Assembly: GCA_045648765.1 (NCBI GenBank)
Contig: JAZROQ010000003.1
Location: forward strand, 2,965-66,964
DNA length: 64,000 bases
DNA from: Acutalibacteraceae bacterium
Lineage (GTDB): Bacteria > Bacillota > Clostridia > Oscillospirales > Acutalibacteraceae
Direction: 5' to 3'
The notes under the pieces are model-generated. The model was not told the DNA's origin. It did no database searches and worked only from the letters and a program-made list of their open reading frames with translations. Every line of letters begins with the position of its first letter. Within the stretch, counting starts at the first letter, position 1. This document shows positions 56,596-64,000 of this stretch, in pieces. A program made the translations under genes and the position numbers.

Positions 56596-59500
56596 ATGAA
56601 TGCGGAGATCATTTCGGTAGGAACAGAATTGCTTTTGGGGGATATTCTCAACTCCAACAGCCAATTTTTGTCACAAGAACTTGCCGCTTACGGCATTGAT
56701 ATTTTGTATCAATCCACCGTGGGCGACAACAAACAACGCTTGGAACAAACCTTAAAAACGGCGCTTTCGCGTTGCGATATGGTCATTCTCACGGGGGGAC
56801 TCGGTCCCACCGAAGACGATATCACGCGCGAAGTGGCGGCAGAAGTGTTGGGTTTGCCGCTCGAACTGCACGAAGAAAGTTTGGGGCGTATTCAAGAATA
56901 TTTTGCCAGTACCGGCAAAGAATACACCGAAAATAACCGCAAACAAGCTCTTTTACCCAAAGATTGCATCGTATTGCCCAACGACCGCGGCACTGCCCCC
57001 GGTTGTGTCATGCAACAAGAGGGCAAACACGTCATTTTATTGCCCGGTCCGCCGTATGAACTGACGTTAATGTTCACCGAATACGTGGCGCCGTATTTGT
57101 CGCAATGTTCGGGCGGCACGATTTATTCGCATATTGTGGGTGTGTTCGGCATTGCCGAATCTGCCATTGGGGAACGTTTGCAAGATTTGATGGCAAACAG
57201 CAATCCCACCGTGGCACCCTATGCCAAAGAAGGCGAAGTAATCATTCGCGTGACCGCCAAAGCCGCCACTAAAGAAGAGGCAGACGCCATGTGCGAACCC
57301 ATCATCGCAGAAATCTGCGAACGGTTGGGCAATGCCGTTTATGGCGTCGATGCAGGCAATCTGTCCAAACGCGTGGTCACCTTGCTTTCTGAAAATAATA
57401 TGAAAATAGCCACCGCCGAGTCGTGCACTGCGGGTATTCTTTCGGGCAAACTTACCGAAGTTTCGGGTGCTTCGCGCGTGTTCGAGTGTGGTGTTGCCGC
57501 CTATTCCAAAGAAATCAAACACCAAGTTTTGGGTGTAGATGAAGTGATTTTGGAAGAAAAAGGCGCCGTTTCTCCCGAAACGGCGGGTGCCATGGCAAAC
57601 GGTGCGCGCTTGGTGGGGAACGCCGATATCGGTGTGGGTATCACCGGTGTAGCAGGGCCCGAAACCAGCGAAGGCAAAGCCGTTGGCACGGTGTACGTTG
57701 CTTTGGCAGACGAAAAGCGGGTATGGGTCAAAAAGATTTTGGCAGGTCACAACGATGAAGACCGCGAACATATCCGCCACATTGCCACTTCGTATGCACT
57801 GGATATGACACGTCGTTATTTGGAAGCGTTGCCCGGTGTGATGGCGGGCGGACAGTTGTGGGAACAATTACCGCCTGTAGAAGCCACCCTCACCCCCGAA
57901 ATAGCCAAAGCCAAACGTCGGGCACGGTTGTGGCGTTGGTTATCGGCTTTGGTGATGTTGTTGGTTGCGGCAGCCGTTTTGTTCTATACATATTGGTATA
58001 TTCCTTATCGCAATCAAAAACGATTTGACGAACTGTACGCACAATATACCGACAGTCAACCGGTCAGTACGCCGTCTGTCAGTTACCCTGCGGGGATATT
58101 AAAACAATTTATGTCGTTGTATCAAACCAACGACGATATTTGCGGCTGGATCACCGTGGCCGACACGCGTATCAATTACCCTGTCGTGGAAGAACCGTCG
58201 GAAGGGTTTTATCAAGAACACGACTTTGACGGCGTGGCATCACCCTATGGGGTGCCGTATGTCAAAGGCGGCGCCAAATGGGAAGCGGGGCTCACCCCGA
58301 AAACCGTTGCTGTTTTCGGCAATAATGCGGGTAACGATCAAATGTTTGCGCCGCTTACCAATTATACCAAAATCGAATTTTTGCGTAAGCACACCTTGCT
58401 GAACATGAGCACGCTGTACCAAGAAGGAACCTACAAAGTGTTTGCGGTGATGTTGGTGGACGACACCGACGAAGAGGAATTCGACTACGCCGCAACTGTG
58501 TTTGCCGATGAAGAAGAATTTTTGTATCACGTTACGCAAATTCGTATGCGTTCGTTGTTCGACACGCCCGTAGACGTGGTCGAAGGAGACAGTTTGTTAT
58601 TGCTCAGCACACCGATTGACTACGGATACGAAGGAGCACGTGTGGTAGTGGCGGCGCGCAAAGTACGCACGGGTGAAGTGCGTGAAAACGACCTTTCCAA
58701 AGCACGTGCCAACCGCAGTGTGCACATGCCCAAAGGTTGGGTGGAACAACACGGTTCCATAACTACAACGGTGCCGACCACCGTAACCGAAACCACCACC
58801 GTAACCGAAACCACCACCACCGAAACAACGGTAGCCACCACAACGACTACCAAAAAACCAACCACTACCACAAAACCAACCACAACGACAACTAAAAAAC
58901 CGACCACCACCACGGAAGCCACCACTGTCCCCACCACAACCACCACAAAGCCGGCAACGCCTTTGCCACCGGCAGGTGCGGTGTCGGGTACGGTGTCCGG
59001 CAGCATTGCCGAGCAAGAATTTTTGTCGCTTTTTGCGGTAAAAAACAGCGGCGTGCAAGATGCCGATTTGGCAGATTGCACCGATGAAAACGGTGTGATT
59101 CGTCCCAAAACCAAAGAACAACTGCAACGTGTGTTGACACATATTGTCAAAGTGGAACTCGGCTCTGCCAGCGCGATGGTCAACTCCACCGAAGCGCAAA
59201 AAGCGCAAGCGGTTGCCTCCTACACATACATTTTGCGTCATTGTGCGGGTGGTGCGGTATATCCCTATTCTTTCAAATCGCTGAGTCTTTCCAACAAAAC
59301 CGACAAAAAGATTTACGATGCCGTGGGCGATGTCGTCGGTGTGAAATTGCTCGATCTAAGCAAAACGAGTTTTTCGCAAATGTTGTGCTACACGCCATAT
59401 TCCGCGGCATCGGGCGGCTACACTTCTTCGTGCCATCGTGTGTGGACGTTAAATTTGCCGTATGTGCAAAGTGTGTTCAGCAAATACGACGATGCGCTGA

Positions 59501-60009
59501 CCTACGCCAAATACCGTGGCCCGGGTAGCTTTGTCAACACTGTCACCATCAAACGCGACCAATTGTATGACAAAGTGCAAAAATGGGTTGCGGCGCAAGA
59601 TAAAAATGCCACCATGCCGGAAGAACAGTTCACCACCGACAACGCGGTGTTGCCGCTTCGTGCGCTTTCCTACGACGGCGACGGCAGTGCGGGCAAGGGT
59701 GATGCATGGAATGTGGTTTATCAAACTAATTTCTATTATCTGGATGCAAGCGGCAAGAAAAAAGTGATAACCGGTCATCAAATGCGCAGCATTTTGGGGC
59801 TTCGTTCTCACGCCTTCCGCACTTCGTACGATGCAGCCACCCAAACGGTCACCATTACCACACAAGGCTATGGTCACGGCGTGGGGCTCAGCCAAATGGG
59901 CGCTGTTGGCTATGCCAACGAAGAAGGCTGGACTTACGTTCAAATTTTGCGGCATTATTACTCGGTCACCGAAAAAAGCGCTCATCAAGTTGTTTTGCCG
60001 AAATGGTAA
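56596..60009 (+). CDS. Fusion protein: CinA (MoCF/PncC-type), TM helix, degenerate sortase-B-like domain, Thr/Pro-rich linker, SpoIID/LytB domain
   Basis: A single 1137-codon ORF. CinA part: MNAEIISVGTELLLGDILNSNSQFL..., LTGGLGPTEDD and ATAESCTAGIL. TM helix: WLSALVMLLVAAAVLFYTYWYI. Sortase-like part: NDDICGWITVADTRINYPVVE...VFGNN...LLLSTP. SpoIID part: ...QGYGHGVGLSQMGAVGYA. Confidence 0.75.
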   Translation: MNAEIISVGTELLLGDILNSNSQFLSQELAAYGIDILYQSTVGDNKQRLEQTLKTALSRCDMVILTGGLGPTEDDITREVAAEVLGLPLELHEESLGRIQEYFASTGKEYTENNRKQALLPKDCIVLPNDRGTAPGCVMQQEGKHVILLPGPPYELTLMFTEYVAPYLSQCSGGTIYSHIVGVFGIAESAIGERLQDLMANSNPTVAPYAKEGEVIIRVTAKAATKEEADAMCEPIIAEICERLGNAVYGVDAGNLSKRVVTLLSENNMKIATAESCTAGILSGKLTEVSGASRVFECGVAAYSKEIKHQVLGVDEVILEEKGAVSPETAGAMANGARLVGNADIGVGITGVAGPETSEGKAVGTVYVALADEKRVWVKKILAGHNDEDREHIRHIATSYALDMTRRYLEALPGVMAGGQLWEQLPPVEATLTPEIAKAKRRARLWRWLSALVMLLVAAAVLFYTYWYIPYRNQKRFDELYAQYTDSQPVSTPSVSYPAGILKQFMSLYQTNDDICGWITVADTRINYPVVEEPSEGFYQEHDFDGVASPYGVPYVKGGAKWEAGLTPKTVAVFGNNAGNDQMFAPLTNYTKIEFLRKHTLLNMSTLYQEGTYKVFAVMLVDDTDEEEFDYAATVFADEEEFLYHVTQIRMRSLFDTPVDVVEGDSLLLLSTPIDYGYEGARVVVAARKVRTGEVRENDLSKARANRSVHMPKGWVEQHGSITTTVPTTVTETTTVTETTTTETTVATTTTTKKPTTTTKPTTTTTKKPTTTTEATTVPTTTTTKPATPLPPAGAVSGTVSGSIAEQEFLSLFAVKNSGVQDADLADCTDENGVIRPKTKEQLQRVLTHIVKVELGSASAMVNSTEAQKAQAVASYTYILRHCAGGAVYPYSFKSLSLSNKTDKKIYDAVGDVVGVKLLDLSKTSFSQMLCYTPYSAASGGYTSSCHRVWTLNLPYVQSVFSKYDDALTYAKYRGPGSFVNTVTIKRDQLYDKVQKWVAAQDKNATMPEEQFTTDNAVLPLRALSYDGDGSAGKGDAWNVVYQTNFYYLDASGKKKVITGHQMRSILGLRSHAFRTSYDAATQTVTITTQGYGHGVGLSQMGAVGYANEEGWTYVQILRHYYSVTEKSAHQVVLPKW
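58760..58978 (+). repeat. Thr-codon-rich imperfect tandem repeats encoding the linker of the fusion protein
   Basis: ACC/ACA/ACG runs and repeated ACCGTAACCGAAACCACCACC and AAAAAACC(A/G)ACCAC units. They translate to TTVTETTTVTETTTTETTVATTTTTKKPTTTTKPTTTTTKKPTTTTEATTVPTTTTTKP. Confidence 0.8.
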
Positions 60010-60017
60010 AAAAATAT

Positions 60018-60046
60018 TTGACAAACCAAAAATTGGGTGCTACAAT
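60018..60046 (+). promoter_or_regulatory. Near-consensus promoter TTGACA-17-TGcTACAAT for the aro operon leader
   Basis: TTGACA at 60018-60023 and TACAAT at 60041-60046, with TG at 60038-60039. Confidence 0.7.
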
Positions 60047-60065
60047 ACTTGACAAGGTGTTATTT

Positions 60066-60149
60066 ATGAAAACGATTATTTGTGCAGCTCAATACGTGTA
60101 TTACTTTTACTTTTTCAACAAAGGTAAGAGTGCTTTTTGCTGCCAATGA
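60066..60149 (+). CDS. Candidate leader peptide, 27 aa, Tyr/Phe-rich (MKTIICAAQYVYYFYFFNKGKSAFCCQ)
   Basis: ATG with AAGGTG 8 nt upstream. Codons 10-17 read Y V Y Y F Y F F. It sits between the promoter and an intrinsic terminator upstream of aroF-tyrA. Confidence 0.6.
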   Translation: MKTIICAAQYVYYFYFFNKGKSAFCCQ

Positions 60150-60186
60150 TTAAAAGACAAACAGGTCTTTTAACACTTGTCTTTAA

Positions 60187-60218
60187 CGACTCGCAGTGAA
60201 AAGCTGCGGGTCGTTTTT
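60187..60218 (+). terminator. Attenuator terminator in the aro leader
   Basis: CGACTCGCAG-TGAAAAG-CTGCGGGTCG (10 bp including one G-U) followed by TTTTTATTTT. It ends 37 nt before the aroF ATG. Confidence 0.7.
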
Positions 60219-60254
60219 ATTTTGTAGGCATAACAACCTAAGGAGGAAACCGTC

Positions 60255-61259
60255 ATGATTGCCGTTGTCAAACAAAACGTAGAAGAAGAACAACTTCAAA
60301 ATTTAATCGAATGGTTACAAACGCAAAACGTTTCTGTTCATATTTCCCGTGGCGAAAACCACACAGTGTTGGGCTTGGTGGGGGATACCAGCCATATCGA
60401 CATGGAACTTTTGCAAAATTTGGATATTGTCGAACGTGTCACCCGCATTAGCGAACCGTTCAAAAATGCCAACCGCAAATTCCATCCCAAAGACACGGTG
60501 GTGGATGTCAGCGGTGTCAAAATCGGTAGTGGTCACTTTGCTATTATTGCGGGTCCTTGTTCAGTGGAATCGCGCGAACAAATAGTGGAAGTAGCCAAAA
60601 GCGTCAAAGCATCGGGTGCTTCACTGCTTCGTGGCGGCGCGTTCAAACCGCGTACTTCACCGTACGATTTCCAAGGCTTAAAAGCCGAAGGCTTGGAACT
60701 GTTAAAACTTGCCAAAGCAGAAACCGGCATGCCCATTGTGACCGAAATTATGAGCGCGTCGCACTTGCCGCTTTTTGAAGACGTCGACTTAATTCAAGTC
60801 GGCGCGCGCAACATGCAAAACTTTGAACTGCTCAAAGAACTTGGCAAAATCAACAAACCGATTTTGCTCAAACGCGGTCTTGCCAGCACCATGAAAGAAT
60901 GGCTCATGAGCGCGGAATACATTATGGCAGGCGGCAACGAACAAATCATTTTGTGCGAACGCGGTATCCGCACGTTCGAAACATACACCCGCAACACGTT
61001 GGATTTGTCGGCGGTTCCCATGCTCAAAGAATTGTCGCACTTGCCGGTCATTGTCGACCCCAGCCACGCAGGCGGGCTCAGCCGCTTGGTCAAACCCATG
61101 TCTATGGCAGCAGTTGCCGCCGGCACCGACGGTTTGATGATCGAAGTGCATAACAATCCCAGCCGCGCCTTGTGCGACGGCGCGCAATCGTTAACGCCCG
61201 ACCAATTTGACGACGTTGCCAAAGCCGTACGCCGTGTGCAGGAGGCGCTGAAAGCATGA
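60255..61259 (+). CDS. aroF: 3-deoxy-7-phosphoheptulonate (DAHP) synthase, type I-beta, with an N-terminal regulatory domain
   Basis: AGPCSVES, KPRTSPYDFQGL, VGARNMQN, LLKRG and DPSHAGG. About 75 aa of ferredoxin/ACT-like N-terminal extension. Confidence 0.9.
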   Translation: MIAVVKQNVEEEQLQNLIEWLQTQNVSVHISRGENHTVLGLVGDTSHIDMELLQNLDIVERVTRISEPFKNANRKFHPKDTVVDVSGVKIGSGHFAIIAGPCSVESREQIVEVAKSVKASGASLLRGGAFKPRTSPYDFQGLKAEGLELLKLAKAETGMPIVTEIMSASHLPLFEDVDLIQVGARNMQNFELLKELGKINKPILLKRGLASTMKEWLMSAEYIMAGGNEQIILCERGIRTFETYTRNTLDLSAVPMLKELSHLPVIVDPSHAGGLSRLVKPMSMAAVAAGTDGLMIEVHNNPSRALCDGAQSLTPDQFDDVAKAVRRVQEALKA

Positions 61260-62104
61260 TTATCGGTGTTGTAGGGCTTGGCCTTATCGGCGCTTCCCTT
61301 GCTAAAGCACTCAAAGCCAACACCAATCATACCGTGCTTGGTTTTGATATTCGTTCCGCCACTACGCAATATGCCAAGCTCAGTGGCATCATCGATGCCG
61401 AACTTTCGGAAGATACCGTCAAAGATGTCGATTATCTGTTGCTTTGCGCCTATCCGCAAGCCAACAACGAATACCTTTTAAACACCGCACAGCAGATCAC
61501 TCCCAAAACAGTGGTGATTGATTGCGGCGGTATCAAACGCGAAGTTTGTGGTGTTGGTTTTGCTCTTTCAACGCAATACGGCTTTACTTTCATTGGCGGT
61601 CACCCCATGGCGGGGTTACACCGTTCGGGTATCAAATATGCCACGGCCGATTTGTATCAAAACGCGTCCATGATTTTAACACCGTATAATACCGAAGACA
61701 TCACCTTGCTTGAACGTGTGACAGCGTTTATCAAATCCATGGGTTTTGGCTCGGTTACGGTTACTACTCCCGCCGAGCACGACCGCATCATTGCCTTTAC
61801 CTCGCAACTGGCACACGTGGTTTCCAATGCCTATGTCAAAAGTCCCACCGCCGCTGTGCACCGTGGCTTTTCGGCGGGCAGTTACCAAGATTTAACGCGT
61901 GTTGCACGGCTTAACGAAAGCATGTGGACTGAGTTGTTTTTGGCAAACCGCGATAACTTGTTGTACGAAATAGATACCTTCATCGAATCGCTTTCGGAAT
62001 ACCGTAACGCCCTTGCAAACAACGATAGCGAGGAATTAAAAGCTCTGCTGCGTGATGGCAGCGACCGAAAAGAAAGGATTGACTGTGAGCATGCAACGCA
62101 TTGA
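61256..62104 (+). CDS. tyrA: Prephenate dehydrogenase
   Basis: IIGVVGLGLIGASLA (NAD-binding), GGHPMAG and SHLPH-like TSQLAHVVS. ATGA overlap with aroF. Confidence 0.88.
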   Translation: MIIGVVGLGLIGASLAKALKANTNHTVLGFDIRSATTQYAKLSGIIDAELSEDTVKDVDYLLLCAYPQANNEYLLNTAQQITPKTVVIDCGGIKREVCGVGFALSTQYGFTFIGGHPMAGLHRSGIKYATADLYQNASMILTPYNTEDITLLERVTAFIKSMGFGSVTVTTPAEHDRIIAFTSQLAHVVSNAYVKSPTAAVHRGFSAGSYQDLTRVARLNESMWTELFLANRDNLLYEIDTFIESLSEYRNALANNDSEELKALLRDGSDRKERIDCEHATH

Positions 62105-63128
62105 TGTTTCGGCTTCCCGCCACTATGCGGTGTTGATACAAAACGGCATTTTAAACCATGCGGGCGAACATTGCGCTACAGTAGTTCGCGGCAACAAACT
62201 GTTGTTGCTCACCGACGAAACGGTGGGCGCTTTGTACGAACAAACTGTGCGCACCGCCTTGGAAAAAGCCGACTTTTGTGTTTGCACCTATCGCATACCG
62301 GCAGGCGAATCCTCCAAAAGTGTCGATAACTACTTAAAAATCATTTCCTTTTTAGCCGAAAACGGTTTTACCCGCAGCGATGCGCTGGTCGCTTTGGGCG
62401 GCGGTGTGGTGGGCGACTTGGGCGGTTTTTGCGCCGCTTCTTATTTGCGCGGTATTGGTTTTGTGCAAATTCCCACCACGTTGCTCGCGTGTGTCGATTC
62501 CTCGGTCGGCGGCAAAACCGCCGTCAATTTGCCGCAAGGCAAAAATTTGCTTGGCGCATTTTACCAGCCGTGGCTTGTTTTGTGCGACCCCGCCACACTC
62601 AACACCTTGCCAAAGTCGGTCTATGCCGACGGCATGGCCGAAGTGATAAAATACGGCATGCTCGGCGATGCCGATTTGTTCGAACAATTGGAAAAAGGAA
62701 CACTCCAAAACAGCGATATTATCGCACGTTGCGTTGCTATCAAACGCGATATCGTGCAACAAGATGAACACGACAGCGGCGTGCGCGGATTGCTCAATTT
62801 TGGGCACACCGTCGGTCACGCGGTAGAAAAATGCAGCCGTTTTGCCATTCCTCACGGCAGCGCGGTGGCTATCGGCATGGTTGCCGTTACCCGCGCTGTG
62901 GCCGATGCCGAACTTGCCAACCGCTTGGAAGCACTGCTTATAAAAAACGGTTTGCCCACACGGTGCGCGTTTACCCCCGACGAATTGTATGCCGCTTCGC
63001 TTTCGGATAAAAAACGTGTAACCGACGGCATCCAAGCCGTAACGGTGAAAACGCTTGGAAATGCCAAACTCACACAAATGACGTTGTCGGAATGGAAAGC
63101 GTGTGTTCAAAGGGGTTGTGCACCATGA
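62091..63128 (+). CDS. aroB: 3-dehydroquinate synthase
   Basis: ALGGGVVGDLGGF, VDSSVGGKTAVN and LNFGHTVGHAVE. The ATG at 62091 overlaps the tyrA end by 14 nt. Confidence 0.92.
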   Translation: MQRIDVSASRHYAVLIQNGILNHAGEHCATVVRGNKLLLLTDETVGALYEQTVRTALEKADFCVCTYRIPAGESSKSVDNYLKIISFLAENGFTRSDALVALGGGVVGDLGGFCAASYLRGIGFVQIPTTLLACVDSSVGGKTAVNLPQGKNLLGAFYQPWLVLCDPATLNTLPKSVYADGMAEVIKYGMLGDADLFEQLEKGTLQNSDIIARCVAIKRDIVQQDEHDSGVRGLLNFGHTVGHAVEKCSRFAIPHGSAVAIGMVAVTRAVADAELANRLEALLIKNGLPTRCAFTPDELYAASLSDKKRVTDGIQAVTVKTLGNAKLTQMTLSEWKACVQRGCAP

Positions 63129-64000
63129 ACGTAACAGTCAATGGCAACCGCCTTGTGGGAACAGTCAGAATTATTGCTTCAAAATCGGCGGTACATCGTT
63201 TGATTGTTTGTGCCGCACACAGCAACGCCCCAACCATTATCGAAAATGTGACGTTGTCACAAGATATCGAAGCCACCATACGTTGTTTGCAACATACGGC
63301 AGAAATCAAGTTCAAAAACAACCGCCTTTTTGTTACCCCACGAGAAACACCGCAAAAAAACCCTTACCTCGATTGCGGCGAAAGCGGCTCGACGTTGCGG
63401 TTTTTATTGCCGGTCATAGCCGCTACGGGCGGTGGTACGTTTGTCGGTCACGGCAGATTGGCAAACCGCCCCTTATCACCGCTTTACGAACTGCTGTTAG
63501 AAAACGGCTGTCAATTGTCCAAAGCGGGTGAGTTCCCGCTTACCGTATCGGGCATGTTGCAAGGCGATGTTTTCGAAATCGACGGCGGTGTCAGTTCGCA
63601 GTTTATCAGCGGATTGCTTTTGGCAGCTCCGCTTTTAAAAAGGCCTGTGCGCATTGTGGTAACCGGCAAAATAGAATCTGCGCCCTACATTCAGTTAACC
63701 GTGGACGCTTTGCGGTGCTTTGGCGTGACGGTCGAAGAACAGCAAAACACCTTTTTGGTAAAAGGGGAATATTCGTCCCCCGGCACCGTTACGGCAGAAG
63801 GCGATTGGTCAAACGCCGCATTTTGGTTGGTCGGTGCCGCCGTTTCGCACAGCAAAGAATTTTCCGTTACGGGACTCAAAAACGATTCCTTGCAAGGTGA
63901 CCGCAAAATTCTTTCGCTGTTGCAGCAAGCGGGATTTGCCGTGTGCGAGCAAAACGGCGCCATCACCATTGGCGGAAACGGCAAAAACCCGTTGTGTGTC
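63125..64000 (+). CDS. aroA: 3-phosphoshikimate 1-carboxyvinyltransferase (EPSP synthase), 5' partial; it continues beyond the window
   Basis: This frame is open to the window end and is not in the ORF track. My translation reads MNVTVNGNRLVGTVRIIASKSAVHRLIVCAA...LDCGESGSTLRFLLPV...LANRPLSPL...GGVSSQFISGLLLAAP. ATGA overlap with aroB. Confidence 0.88.
   Translation, partial: MNVTVNGNRLVGTVRIIASKSAVHRLIVCAAHSNAPTIIENVTLSQDIEATIRCLQHTAEIKFKNNRLFVTPRETPQKNPYLDCGESGSTLRFLLPVIAATGGGTFVGHGRLANRPLSPLYELLLENGCQLSKAGEFPLTVSGMLQGDVFEIDGGVSSQFISGLLLAAPLLKRPVRIVVTGKIESAPYIQLTVDALRCFGVTVEEQQNTFLVKGEYSSPGTVTAEGDWSNAAFWLVGAAVSHSKEFSVTGLKNDSLQGDRKILSLLQQAGFAVCEQNGAITIGGNGKNPLCV

Noticed and set aside
60150-60186. 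TTAAAAGAC/GTCTTTTAA hairpin and the alternative TTAAAAGACAA/TTGTCTTTAA pairing as the antiterminator of the aro leader
   Set aside because: Neither pairing overlaps the terminator stem, so they cannot compete with it directly. The 60132-60143/60193-60204 pairing explains the switch better. These hairpins may only be a pause or spacer element.
63103-63531. 142-aa ORF at the aroB/aroA junction
   Set aside because: It is out of frame with the EPSP synthase reading frame, which starts at 63125 and stays open to the window end. Its translation has no motifs.

Overview
This 64-kb window looks like chromosomal DNA from an endospore-forming Firmicute, probably a Clostridia-type anaerobe. The pointers are spoIIAA-spoIIAB-sigF, a complete rnfCDGEAB cluster, a T-box leader, a Cheo-type SOS box and roughly 50-55% GC. 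These are not database results: all calls rest on my reading of the supplied ORF translations and the raw sequence. No searches or folding programs were run.

The window is densely packed with core genes:
- serC-serA
- glgP
- a glycine-riboswitch-controlled Na+/alanine-glycine symporter
- a NusG_II/Gx-transporter pair translationally coupled to rnfCDGEAB
- T-box-cysE-cysS
- recA-recX-rimO-pgsA
- a tRNA Met-Glu-Val operon
- spoIIAA-AB-sigF
- rimP-nusA-ylxR-L7Ae-infB-rbfA-nrnA-truB
- sufC plus a sufB/D-like gene
- nifS ... thiI
- aroF-tyrA-aroB-aroA

I found no CRISPR array, integrase, transposase or recognisable defence system. The observations most worth a second look are:
1. A 27-codon Tyr/Phe-rich leader ORF with a hand-traceable terminator/antiterminator switch upstream of the aro/tyrA operon.
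2. An 1137-aa single ORF fusing CinA, a TM helix, a catalytically dead sortase-B-like domain, a Thr-rich linker and SpoIID. An intact class-B sortase paralog lies 2 kb upstream.
3. An AT-rich two-gene cassette (four-helix-bundle protein plus ASCH protein) preceded by eight copies of TATATCGCA in two opposed blocks.
4. A nested-palindrome repeat family present twice in noncoding DNA.
5. A roughly 900-bp noncoding stretch next to tRNA-Ser holding a duplicated tRNA 3' end, tRNA-like remnants and many hairpins.
6. A 1411-aa secreted GH16-like multidomain protein with a large internal duplication.
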